Origin: Vicugna vicugna
Taxonomy: Eukaryota
DNA length: 64,000 bases
Direction of reading: 5' to 3'
NCBI GenBank assembly: GCA_013265495.1
Contig: MU058645.1
Coordinates: forward strand, 248,001 to 312,000
Below are positions 48,290 to 60,399 of this stretch, piece by piece. Every line of letters begins with the position of its first letter. The first letter of the stretch is position 1. The notes beneath the pieces are model-generated. The model ran no database searches and was not told where the DNA came from. It saw only the letters and a list, made by a program, of their open reading frames with translations. The translations under genes and the position numbers were made by a program.

Positions 48290-49255
48290 ATTGTAAATCG
48301 GGTACAGCATTCTGGTCTCCCTTTGAATTCTCTCTTCTCCATCACACTGGAAGCTCTGGTTATCTCAGCATCACTAACTGGAGGTCATTGCTGAATACGA
48401 GTTCCAGCCAAGCACCTACACCTGAATGAAGTAATGCAGTGAGTCCAGGACCTCCTGCAAGTTTGCCCATATCAACGAAGTCAGCCTTATCTAGTGACTT
48501 TCTCGCTCCTTGACCTCACGTTCATACAATCTGGGCACCTGCTAGGATGCCACACTACTGGCTAGCACCCTCTTAAGTCACTTGCCCAAGGGAGGCTATC
48601 ACAGGACTTTCGAAAATGGAGGGCCAACGGTTCCTAATGCCAAAATAAATAAAACGACTTGGCAATGCAATATTAGCAGTTTCATCAGCTTCAAACATGT
48701 ATCCCTGTTCTACAATTTCAGGGTCCCACTCTTCCTTACAGGATGCTCTGTCTTTCACGGAACTTTGGCAAGATTGAATTCACCTGCTACTGCATTTCTG
48801 CCACCCACATTATTAAATTTTGTGCTTGATTTTAGCAGTGTCAACCATTTGGGTAGAATAAATAAGAGATTCATTGGGGCTCTGATGGAAGCTCTCTGGC
48901 TCTCAGAACTTGACTCAAGCTGACACTTAGTAGTCTGAGTTTGTCATTTTCTATTTGCAATCACCAAAGTGCACTCAGAAAAATCCACCCCACACTCTTT
49001 ATAGTCATCACTACTATCTTAACAGTCAAGTGTGACAGCCTTTTGCAGTCCCAAGGCGTTTTCTGTAGCTGTCACTTCAGCACAATTAACCTTAGGTGAT
49101 AACGTGATTAATTATGACACCACTGTACACCGTGGACGGTTAGCTTCACATTTCCTAAGGAGTGCAGCTCGCATCAAGCCTAAGAGTATGGCCAGAGCAA
49201 TTCTGAAATTCTGCCTTTATGGGCAACCTCATGGGACAGTCCCCAGTGCCTATTC
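48290..49255 (-). mobile_element. ERVL-type internal region: PBS and degenerate gag
   Basis: ORF 48573-48758 reads KDRASCKEEWDPE, matching ERVL gag KVRALIGKEWDPE. Upstream ESQRAS...RVAE...NS-type coiled coil. PBS-like GAATAGGCACTGGGGACTGTCCC (antisense 49233-49255) directly follows the LTR. Confidence 0.8.
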
Positions 49256-50073
49256 TGCATTAGTTAGGCTCTAGTAAGAGGAAACAAACCACAGAGTAAT
49301 GTGAACGTGGAAGCTTAATATAAATAATTTCTAACAGGAAACTGAAATAACAGGGGATTTCCCAGTAAGAAATACAGAAATAGGAAGCATGTGGAGTCAC
49401 CAGCGAGCCTAAGGCTGACAGAGCACTGGAAACAAGACTGTCTCCACCAGGGCCGAGACCCGGCGCTCACTGGGAGGGTAAAGCCTCTGGACTCTGCAGA
49501 TACTGGACTCTGGAGAAGTTCTCCAGGGGCTGCTCTGGTGGGACTGCAGACCTGCCTTCTGGAATCCTGGAGATTCACTCACAGGAGATGCCATGCCCCA
49601 GACCTCCTTGAAAATTGCCCAGCAGCCTCCTGGGCGGGTATCCAAGGACAGACACAATGGAATGATACTGGAGAGGGCGTGTCAGGAAACCGAGTCATGT
49701 GGAGGTGCCGATTCTCAGCACTCCACTGCAAAGGAACGTGGGGGCCATGTGCTGAGAGTGGTCACAGGAGATGTCTTGCAGATAGTATGCTGCTAAAAAG
49801 GTGCTTGAAGGGACGCTGGCAGAAGCTGCCATGGAAAGACGCCAGGTGCTGCTGGCTTCCCAGCACGCTTACTGCAGAGGCCTGACAGAGCAGCCGCCCG
49901 GAGCCAGTAGGAGAAAAGCTCTCTCTCGTTGATGTCTCGGCCCTCTACTGACCTAGCTGAACACTGACAAACTGGCAAAGGAAACATATTGAAAGAACCC
50001 AGCTATATTTTTCCAAAGCAGGCAACAAAGGTTGGATTTGGAGCTGAGAGTTAATAAATTGATGATTGTCACA
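49256..50073 (-). mobile_element. ERVL 5' LTR, LTR41/LTR52-like
   Basis: The reverse complement starts TGTGACAATCATCAATTTATTAACTCTCAGCTCCAAATCCAACC...TTTCCTTTGCCAG...GTCAGTAGAGGGC and ends GTGGTTTGTTTCCTCTTACTAGAGCCTAACTAATGCA. TG...CA termini, 818 bp. Confidence 0.8.
49938..49953 (-). promoter_or_regulatory. Candidate CTCF site within the LTR41-like LTR
   Basis: GGTCAGTAGAGGGCCG (antisense) matches the CTCF core CCAGTAGAGGGCGC with flank changes. Motif only. Confidence 0.4.
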
Positions 50074-50079
50074 ATGAGG

Positions 50080-51330
50080 AAGGAAGACTGAAAGAAAAAG
50101 TTAAGAAAATTTATTAGAAATTAAAGATAACATAAAGTATAAAATTGAAAGAGTTCATTGAATAAGTCACATAAAAAATAAGCAAAGGAACTCCCTAAGT
50201 GAACTCTCCAGTAAAAGTTTTCAAGCATTAAGTATTAAAAAAAAACTTAACATGTCAAGAGATAAAATTAGAGATTATCTATGAATAAATGACAGCCAGA
50301 AGGATATCAGACTTCTTGTCAGTAGAAATAGTTGTAAATATAGAGTAGAGAAATATCTTTACAATATGAAAGAAAAGCAGTCTCGTCTAGGCTCATACCC
50401 ATGTCAAACTGTCATTCAACTGAGAGAGAGATTCACTGTTTTCAGACATGTGAAGATAAAGCAATTTTGCTTTCTGTAGATTCCTTTTTAAGAAAATCTC
50501 TGGAGGATATATTTTTGCAAGAAAATAAATGAATCAGGGAGAATAGGCATCAATAATGACATTAAAAGTGGGAAAGAAAGTAATACAATAAAAATTGAAT
50601 ACAAATTGAGTTAAAATTAATAAATTAAGTTATTGACCAAAATTAAAGATAATATCACACCTTAGACGAAATGAGGAAGGAACCTAGAAAGGTGAAAACA
50701 CGTTAAGCTGTATCTGTTGATTAACTCTAGATATTGTTAGAAATTTAAAATTTTAAATAAATGCTAAAATTTTCAGTGTGACCACCAAAAACCTGAGGTA
50801 GATTTTAAAAAGATATATGTTTACCTGAAAATTGGACCATAGAAATCTTGAGAACTCCAACAAATATTAAATAAGAGAAAAAAAAGTAAACAGATAGAAA
50901 GCATGTTCAACAGATCATACAAAACTTACAGCAGGAATAACTGCAAACATCGAGTAATAACAGTGAATCTGAAAGCAGTAAATTCACCTATTAAAGACAG
51001 AGTGCAGAAAAACCTTCCTAAGTGAAACACACCAAAATCTCAGTGACATTAGAATCTGTAAATAAAGGAATGAAAAATATACCGGGCAGATGCCAACAGA
51101 TCAGCAATATAATAAACATAAAATATAATTCAAGGTGGTGCAAATTGTGTAAAATGTGGGAAATTTACTTTGCTGAAAGTTACAATTCTTCAATATTCAA
51201 TAGTTAGAAATTTTACGCACCTAAAATATAGCTTTGATTTACGTAAATCAAAAACTGATGGAGTTCAAGGAGAAATGAATCCTTTATTTACAGTGTAAAT
51301 TTATAACATAGACCTTTTAGAAATCAGAGA
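50080..51330 (+). mobile_element. Old LINE-1 (L1ME-like) ORF1 to ORF2 endonuclease start
   Basis: ATCAGACTTCT, ATACCCATGTCAAACTGTCATTCAA (ORF1 C-terminus) and TAAATTCACCTATTAAAGACAGAG (EN, LNSPIK). Confidence 0.7.
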
Positions 51331-51526
51331 ACCATGCAGGGAACATGGGCACAAACACAGAACACTGTGGAGTTTCCCGTCTGAGCTTCCTTGCTCTGGA
51401 TGTAACTCTGAGGGCATGAAGGAGTAGAGACCTTTCTGCATGGCTATTATCTCATAATATGTATCATATAAATGGCACTGGTTATCTCAACAACGTGGGA
51501 AAATTGACATTTCATTGTGAAATTTT

Positions 51527-51657
51527 AAGAAATTTATTTCTTTGAGGGGAAGTAATTAGGTTTATTTATTTATTTATGGAGGAGGTACTGGGTATTGAAC
51601 CCAGGACATCACGCATGCCAAACACGCGCTCTACCACTTGAGCTATACCCTCCTCCC
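51527..51657 (-). mobile_element. Camelid tRNA-derived SINE (Vic-1 type)
   Basis: Reverse complement GGGAGGAGGGTATAGCTCAAGTGGTAGAGCGCGTGTTTGGCATGCGTGATGTCCTGGGTTCAATACCCAGTACCTCC-(TAAA)n-CCTAATTAC. Contains A box TAGCTCAAGTGG and B box GGTTCAATACC. 16-bp TSD TTCATTGTGAAATTTT at 51511-51526 and 51658-51673. Confidence 0.9.
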
Positions 51658-53699
51658 TTCATTGTGAAATTTTTAAAACCCACTGGTAACACATATTTTA
51701 AAAACTGATGATAATAACTGTTAAGATTAAAGTAAGCATGTATATAAAAACTTCGAACAAAATCAAGCAGATTTCAGACGGGTCCATTTGTCGACGGGGG
51801 TCTTTTGATTTGTGATAATAATTTCTGTAAGTATTTATTTATGGTGAGCCGCCGGGACTGGAGAAAGCCCGGTGCTGTCTGTACACGCGCGTGTGTGCTT
51901 GCGCAGCCCAGGCGTGCCTGAAAGCTGCTTGGTGACTTGAATGCACTCGCACGTTTAAGCAGTGCCAACGGAGCATCTGTTACCAAGCGTGGTGTAGCTA
52001 AACCAGGAGTAAACACTGATGTAGACAGAGCCCTTCTTCAGCAAGTATCTCAGAATTTAGGTCCCAGCCATTGGTGTACCACTAACACAAAAATGGAATG
52101 ATGTGATTTCCCTTCTCTGGTGTCTACTTTTGTGGATCTGCGGCAACAATATCTAGCATACTTATCTTACAGAGTTAGCCTGGGAATCAGATGTAGTATT
52201 ATTTTGAAACTACCTGGAAGATTATAAAGCAGTCCAGCTCTATTGCAGGGCAGTTAAGTAATTCAATTTTACGGCCTAATTTAAACAAAGGAATTGCTTT
52301 AGAAAAAATTATCCCCCTAAATTGTTCAGATGTTTTAATACAAATAACACAAGGATGGAGGATGAAAATTTTTCCTAATCAATTTGTAATTAAACTACAG
52401 ATAAAGTTAACATGCTGTGTTAGTGAAATAGTAAATAGCTGAAATTGCCAATAAGTAATCAGCTGAAAAGACTTCTTTCCAAATGGAATTTTTTCCTACA
52501 TGTACAACAGATTATAACTCCTTAAGAAATAGGATGGTAGCTTGGCTCTCTTTATAATTGCAGGGAGGAGCGTTTGCATATGGATTCCTGGAATGCTCAG
52601 CCATCCAAGGCGCTTATTTAGATCCCCGGAGAGCAGAAGTGAAGGAGTGCAGGCGAGAACGAAAGCTCACCACCTCAGTCCTCTCGCACGGTGCCTGGGA
52701 GAGGCTCCTACCCCTTCCCACAGTCCGGTGCTTCTCTCCCAGGCACAGGAACAGTGTCAAGTCATCCCTCACTCCAGAAAGAGTTTGAAACTCTGCCTCA
52801 GTATCAATATAAACATCACACAATCGTGCAGTCTTTAGAAGTCCAATTGAGAAAAGTGGTCTGAGGCTTCCGCTTGTCACATTTTTGAGTAAAATTAAAA
52901 ATAAAAAAGATTTGGAAGCAAAACCTCAACCCTCTTGGCTTGCCACCAGTGTACCCAGATTCTGGGCTGTGGCGGTGTTGAGGTCCGCTCCATTGCGCTG
53001 ACTCAGCTTTAAGCCTCTCGTGAGAATGAGTCCTGGGCAAGTCGCTGTCCCACTTACACTTCAAATTCATGTTCTCAGTATGACAGCAGTTTGCAATCAC
53101 ATGTGATATCTACAGCAATATTATATTGAATTATAATTGAGTATTATCAAAACACACCATTAAAAATTACATTGATGTAATAAACACTCGAAGTACAAAC
53201 TGTGTGTAACCCTTATATTTTTGCACCTGTGCTGTGGGAGTCTTATATCAAAGTCATCTTAAAATCTGCTGCAAAGCTGGCCTTACTTTTTCTGAGTTTT
53301 ATCTTATTTTCTGCGTAATGGGAATCTCATCTTTTTATCTTGATATCTTGTGTCTACTTCAAATTGACCTCTTATTAATCTCCTAACCTATATTCCTCAT
53401 CTTAGATGCATAAATTGGCCATAAACTTTTATTTGAAAAGGCAAAATTACTTTTTGTGGTGTGAAATAAGAAGCAGCTATACCATACTGGAGAGATATAT
53501 TGACGTTGCTTCTGCCTTAATATCCAGGGCTTTCTGTATAGCACTGCCTCCCAAGGGAGCAGGGAGTGGCAGTCACTCTACGGTATTAACAGCTGGATGC
53601 ACCTGAGCTGTGAGACATATGCATCAATGTCGAACGCAATCCAAATGAAATCACAGGCAAGTCTCTTTATAACAACGCTTACAAGAACTCCTGTATTTT

Positions 53700-53890
53700 T
53701 GTTGCTTTTTATGAGCCAGTATTTGTGTGAAACATTTTATGTGCAACATATACCTCATGTGATCTTGAGAGTAGGTGTAAAGCCCGTTTTGCAGTTGGTA
53801 ATTGGAGACAGAGTGAGGTTTAACGTATTTAGCCAAAGTCACAGCCCTGTAAGTCATGGGGTTGAGATTCAAATCCTTGCTTTTAGTCTC
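53700..53890 (-). mobile_element. MIR SINE
   Basis: GAGAGTAGGTG...CCCGTTTTGCAG...CCAAAGTCACAGCC...GTAAGT...GAGATTCAAATCC. Confidence 0.75.
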
Positions 53891-56800
53891 TACTTCATAT
53901 AGCTTTTAAAATAGGAACAAATAGCCTGAGTTTTGTAAATGGAAAATAAAGGCTCTCTATTTTGTATCCTGAATTTCAGTTACTCATCATGCCTAAACCT
54001 AGGGTGTGGGTCAATAGGGCATGAGGTAGTGTGAGAGGTAAGTAAGACAAGAGGATGAGCAGACCAAGGAGATGGCGTGGATAAAGGTAACAAACTGTAT
54101 TTGTCTTGGTCGCTTTTAGTTAAGGGAGTATCAGTCGATCTTGTAAAATCATAATAATTATACCTCTATATAAATTATGCTTCCTGTTTGTATTTTGAAA
54201 CTATGGTCTCAATTTCATAATTGCACCCCTCATTTCAGATTCTAATTATATCTAATACATAATTCAAATCTTATGGGTACATACGTATGTTTATATCTTA
54301 GATGAACTGTTTATTAAACTACAGGTAATCTTTGTGATGTAAAGTAAATTCTGTCCTGCTAATTTTTGTAGTTTCCATTCAAGTATTATTGAAAATATCT
54401 ATGTGAATTAGTGAACCCAATTCATAGTTACAGACTACAGTGGCCATGTTAGCAGAACTTACAATGCAAGAGTCCTGTATGATTTGAAATCCTTACCTGA
54501 ATTGCACTATAATCATGTACATTTTCCCCAGAATTCACCATCTGAATTGAAAACCTGCCATGACAAATATGCATACAGAGATCAGGGGAACGTTCAGGTA
54601 TGTCCAAGCCTTGGTGGGAAGAAAGACAGTGAGTCAAGTTCTTACCTCTGCATTCGTTTTGATCAAAATAGAGCTAGTTCTTCTCCTTTTTAGACATGTT
54701 GTGCATTATCTGTAATGTCTTGCCCATATTATTAAAAAAAATCTTCTAAAATAGTGGCATCGTCTCTTAGGAAGGCAGGCAAGTTAACAGGCTTAGTGAA
54801 GGCTATGTATGAAAAGACAATTTGAAAGTGACAGAGTGCACGGAAAAGGTGAATGCTGCACGTCCCCCGCCTTGCCGTGCGTATGTCACCATAATTCATG
54901 TAGAGTAAGTTTAAGCATGAAATAAATTTAAGTGAATTATGTAAGTTTTGTGGATTTTGGAAATCTTCAAGGTGACACGTAACCTTTCAATAAACACAGA
55001 AATACCCGTCACTGTGAAATCGCGGCCATAATCAGTATGGGTATCATGGAGACCACAAGGATACATGGAAAGCATTAATCATCGTCAAAGGTCTGATGAA
55101 GAAGTGGATGGAGAAAGTAGATGATTTGATTTAAAAAAACTGTATTTTGAGCAAATCTAGGGTATGTGGAGAAATTTTAAAACTGTTCAGAAGTGAATCA
55201 TTTGAAGATCACTTGTAATTAATTTGCAGCAGTCTTCTTCAGCGAGTTGCAATGATCTGTGAACTAAATGGTTTCATCTCAAAGCAAAATTTTGATCTGA
55301 GTCAAGTTGGGCTTTTTCCCAAACAAGTGCTATTTAGTACATTCAGTTCAAAACACGAAAATAAACAAAAAAGAACCAGGATGTAGATCATTCAGAAATC
55401 AGCCAGTGTTGTGTACAGATGAGGATTATGGGCACGATGTTTCAGTTGAAACCATTCTTGGTGTATCAAGGCAAAAACCTAAAGCCGATGGGTTGTGTTT
55501 GCACTCCCCACCGCCACCTGGTTATGGCTGCCTGTGGAATCAAGGAGTCACCAGTGACTTCTAAATATTGTATGTGAAGTTTGTGGTGCAGTTATCCATG
55601 GGATATGCTAAAGCAGATTGCACTCCTTTGATGATGGATTTACAGAAAGTCTTTGACATCAGGAAAATGAAATTGTAAATCAGTTTTGAAAGTAAAATAT
55701 TATAGCAGTATGTAGAATGTGGAATAAACCAGACCGCCATTTTTGTCCTGACTTCCAAACTCCTGAGGAAGCAAAGAACAAAACACAAGCAATGTTGTAA
55801 GGGTGGGTCTCTTGAAGCTGACAGTAAAAATGCTGAATCACTTTAAGATCATATAGCAAAAGATTTACTCTCCAGTAGCTCTTTAAACTTGGTGTCTTAT
55901 CATTGTTCAGAAAATAGTAAAAAAGATCACAAATACTCTGAGTAATTATTACTTTAAATACTTTATCTTCTATTTGTATTAAGAAAGAAATATTTTAATT
56001 AACAGTCATATATGCATTAGAGAGTTTTAGACATTTAAAAAAAGGATCTGTTTTTTTGTGCATGTTAGGAATGTATTGTTTTGCTCATTTAAATTAACCC
56101 ATTGATGACATCTACTATCTAAAGTCTCACTATGCAATAAATATTTGGGACAAGATTAGATTCAGATAAATGACTTTATTAGATAATATTTTAATTACAT
56201 TTAATCACTTCAATAACTATTCGGCACAATTTCTCAAAAACAATATTTGAATGTATAGAATTCAGTGATGATTGTGTTGGAAATAGAAACTGAAAGCTAA
56301 ATTCCTTTTGTTTCAGATTTCTTGTCATCGTTTCTCCAGAAGCAGTTACTAAGGCAAAGGAATATTGTTTCTAACACAAGTCCATACATTTAATAAGGAC
56401 CAGGATAGAAATGGAAATTAGATTAGCTGATTTCTAACTCAGCGCTCCTAATCGTCAATCCCTGGGAACTTTTTATCTCATTGAAGAGAAAGTACGTTAC
56501 AACTAATGGCAGTAATTGCTGCTGTCTGTAATTCCATGGTGGCCCGGGGAAGCCAGTGCCTCCGGGAGTCACTGAGACCCACGGTGCAGTTACGCTCCGG
56601 TTTAAGAAGACCTAGATAAGAAGCCGTTACAAATTTTATTATGTAACCCAAGAAAATAAGGTTATCCCAATCTCATAACATAGTGCCCAACTGAGACCAA
56701 AGGGAGAAACGGAAACAATCCATTGGTCAGCAGGAAGATCAGGGAAGTGTGCATGTGTATTAACATTTTCACAGCATACATGTAAATAAGACAGTGACTT

Positions 56801-58184
56801 CTCAGATATTTAGTTACACATATTTGGGTGAACTTACAGTTGTCTAGGACAGACTGTTTATGAAGTTAATAAAGTTTTCACAGACAAGTGATAACATCTA
56901 ACTATTAATTTTAAAGATTTTGAAGATATTTGCAGTAACTTAGGATAACGATTTGCTGTCATTCCAAAATAATTGCTTTGAGCTTGTGCCCCTTTTGGAA
57001 TAACTTTCGATATCTTGCTTCCGATTAGAAGCTTGTCACATTTTCTGATCTCTCTGACACATTTTATGCCATTCAAGTAGTATGTGAAATGATTCAGCTG
57101 ATTCATGTGCAGTGAGATGGACATAAAAGTATATCCTTAGTCAGTGATTTACGTAATTGACTTCTTTAGATTGAATATTCCAACTACAACACCATTGCCA
57201 GTAAACATTATTAGAAAAGTAATGTGTGGACATTAATAGTATTAAAAAAAGAAATGTAAAATTTTTAAAATTACAGAAAATAAAAATGCCCCTCCACCTC
57301 ACTAATTCCACTTACCAGTGGTAATTACAGGGAAATATTCTGTGTATGTCTAACTTTGTGACCTTCTGTCTATCCAAGATGTCACACATCAGTTAGACAG
57401 ACAGTGTACTGCAACTTGTTTTGCTTTGTGGATTTTGGGGGAGGGTTGGTATGTGTGCTGTTCCTAGGTTTTTGTTTCAACTCAAAGCCCCTTTTGGACG
57501 TATGCTAGTATGTGTTCACGTACAACTATTACATTTTCTTTAGAAATCATTGCAACCCATTTTGACTTACATTTTCTTCAGGTGTACTTCCTTTACTATT
57601 GATATTTTGCCCTTGGTTACTTTTATTCTGTTATTCTCTATGTAACATCAGATTAGGAAATCTTCAAATTCAACTTCAGCAGCTTTAAGCCTACAATAAT
57701 GTCAATACATAAAATTGCAGAAGCACGTATATTCTTACTCCTGATTTTCAGTACAATCATCACAGGAGGGGTACATGAGTATCAGCCTGCAGTGGTTTAC
57801 CAAGATGGCTTGAAAGAAAAGGCATCTTATCTGAAGTCTAGAAGACTCACGTCCTTAACCCTGTCAGCAGCTTATCTGTGTTAGCTTTGACCCTAATTAT
57901 CTCAGATGTAAATTCAGGATATTGAACCAGGTGATCTTTAAAATGATACTATTCTGTGATTGTATTTCACACAGCTAATCATTAATTTTCTTTTGTTAAA
58001 AGTAATTCTTTTGCAGATGGATACTTGTGGTCCTAGACTGTATATAATTTTTTTTACTAAGTCATTCTGATTGTTGCATAAGAATATAATATTATGTATT
58101 CAAACAGATAAGCTTATTCAAAAATACATACATAGTACAGGTTTAGATTCATTATTTTAAATTCAAGATGTTCTTCTATTTCTA

Positions 58185-58634
58185 TTTTTTTACCTTTTTT
58201 TATTGAGTTATAGTCATTTTACAATGCATCAAATTCCAGTGTTAGCACAATTTTTCAGTTATACATGAACATATATATATTCATTGTCACATTTTTGTTT
58301 TGCTGTGAGCTACCACAAGCTCTTGTATATATTTCCCTGTGCTATACAGTATAATTTTGTTTATCTATTCTGCATATGCCTGTCAGTATCTACAAATTTT
58401 GAAATCCCAGTCTGTCCCTTCCCACCCCATCAGTATCTATTTGAAATCCCAGTCTGTCCCTTCCCACCCCCCACCCTCTTGGCAACCACAAGTTTGTATT
58501 CTATGTCTATGAGTCTGTTTCTGTTTTGTATTCATATTCATTTTATTTTTTTTTTAGATTCCACATATGAGCGATCTCATATGGTATTTTTCTTGCCCTT
58601 TCTAGCTTACTTCACGTAGAATGACATTCTCCAG
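58185..58634 (-). mobile_element. Young 5'-truncated LINE-1 with perfect TSD
   Basis: Poly-T tail at 58185-58201, then L1 3' UTR. TSD GTTCTTCTATTTCTA at 58170-58184 and 58635-58649; endonuclease-type site TTCT/AA. Confidence 0.93.
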
Positions 58635-60214
58635 GTTCTTCTATTTCTAAAGCAACAAAAGCTGTTTGGTTAACTAGAGTATGCTCTCTATATATCTAAC
58701 TCTTCATGAAAATAATAAGGTTAGTAAGGCTTATCAAAAACAGTATTTAATCTCATCAAAGTCAAAGCTTTCAGTGCCATCTTTACCATCTGTAATCATT
58801 CTGTATGATGTCTAGGATTTCATTATGATCTGCTCTCAGGGCGCTCCCTTCAGCATCAGAATCTGCCTCACTCGTAAGTCTGACACCTTAACTGAATTTG
58901 GAAAGATGCTCTGTTATATAAGTTGATCTTAAATCAGCAAGCATTACTTAAACTTTGATTATTCATCTATATACCACAGACATTTTGAAAAGGTTAAGCA
59001 GTGAGATACAAAAAGACAAAATCCTCAATGGTTTTATTAGTTATAGAGAGTATTTCCAGGAATTATTTAAAAATATGCCAAAATCTGGATAAATTAAAAA
59101 AGGAACATTAAGGGTTTGGGGCTTCTTGGAGGGTGTCTTCGGGGATGAGGCAGAGACAGCTCTGTCTGCTCTGTTTCATAGCTACCCGGTTATCGGCCAC
59201 ACCGGCTGGCCATTCCCAGGAATCTGGAATCAGTGCACTACGTCTCTTCTAGGTATCACGCCAGCTGCTCCCAAAATGGAACGTGTGATATACTAGCCAA
59301 GAAACGTTGTATGCAAAACAATTTCTAAAAGATGGACACAACTGCTTAGAAAAAAGTGTTGGGACTGATTGTATCACAATGGTCCTAATCTTCACACAAG
59401 ATTAACAAAATTAAGCAAACCCAACTTGAGATTGCCCTACGTGCAAGGCGCTTTACAAGCAGTGTAGTTAGGAAAAAACTGAATAGAACATTATCCAACC
59501 ACAAAAGAGATTATAGTCAAGTAAGTCCAATAAAGCTCATACACACAGAAATATGAGACAGCATTTTGTAATCCTATATAAAAGGCACTTAGAGCAATAG
59601 TTGATAGCAGAAAGAGGTGAAGCCTTTGGATGTCACATTGCATCAGATGCCTGTAACTTAACACATTATGTAAGAAAGTGTCCACGTGTTTTTTCCTAAT
59701 AATTTCTAGTGGAGAAAGAACCTAAACATCCCCTGTGTTCATGTTATTGTGTTTTTGGTTTTATTTATTTTGCAGTGTATCAGTATATTTGCTGTTTTTG
59801 AAATTCAGTAAACTAAATAAAATCATTGGAGAAAGACTTTTGTTTCCAGGAAACTATCATTGAGAACCATTAATCCTAATTGTACTTCACCCCCAAACTG
59901 AAAATAAGTGATAACTGGGGGTGTTATTAATATTTGATTGTTTTATTTTAATATGAAATACAGTTTGTTTTAAATTTTCCACCATCTTTGTTTCACATTT
60001 TCCACCATCAAAATAACTTCCTATTTCCTTTTTCCCTGTGAAGGACATTGTAAGAATATAAAAAAAATATTATAATGTGTTTATCATGCAGATTCAAAAT
60101 TATTATTTCTTTTATCAGATGTCTCAGACTTGACCCTTTGACATTTACACTACCACTACTTTAGCAAATATCCTTATTGTATCAAATATGGATTCTTTTA
60201 AAAAGTAAACAATT

Positions 60215-60345
60215 AGATCTATATCCAGATCAATATCTACACTTAGAACTAGATCTGGATCCATATCCATATCTAGAACTGAATCTGTATTATATCTACA
60301 TATAGATATGGACATATACCATATACAAGTGTAACTGTATCTAAG
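60215..60345. repeat. Degenerate hexamer tandem repeat, about (ATATCT)n
   Basis: AGATCT ATATCC AGATCA ATATCT ACACTT AGAACT AGATCT GGATCC ATATCC ATATCT AGAACT GAATCT in strict 6-bp register. Confidence 0.75.
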
Positions 60346-60399
60346 GGTACTTGACATAAATATAGATAGATGAAACTTTTCAAGGCAATGAGAATGTTT

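Noticed and set aside
49391..49885. 164-aa ORF as a gene
   Set aside because: It lies wholly within the GC-rich LTR41-like LTR, antisense to it, with no domain similarity.
47880..51330. Opposite-orientation L1s flanking the LTR41-like element as an inversion breakpoint
   Set aside because: Both L1 pieces cover the same endonuclease region, so they are more simply two independent old insertions.
51580..51657. tRNA gene
   Set aside because: A and B boxes are present, but it has a (TAAA)n tail, a SINE 3' segment and a 16-bp TSD, so it is a SINE.
54510..54565. NHL-repeat-like peptide QVFNSDGEFWGK on the - strand
   Set aside because: A stop follows within two codons and there are no neighbouring repeats; a short match expected by chance.
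59888..59923. Inverted repeat CACCCCCA...TGGGGGTG as a MITE or RNA hairpin
   Set aside because: Only an 8-bp stem, with no TSD or extended pairing.
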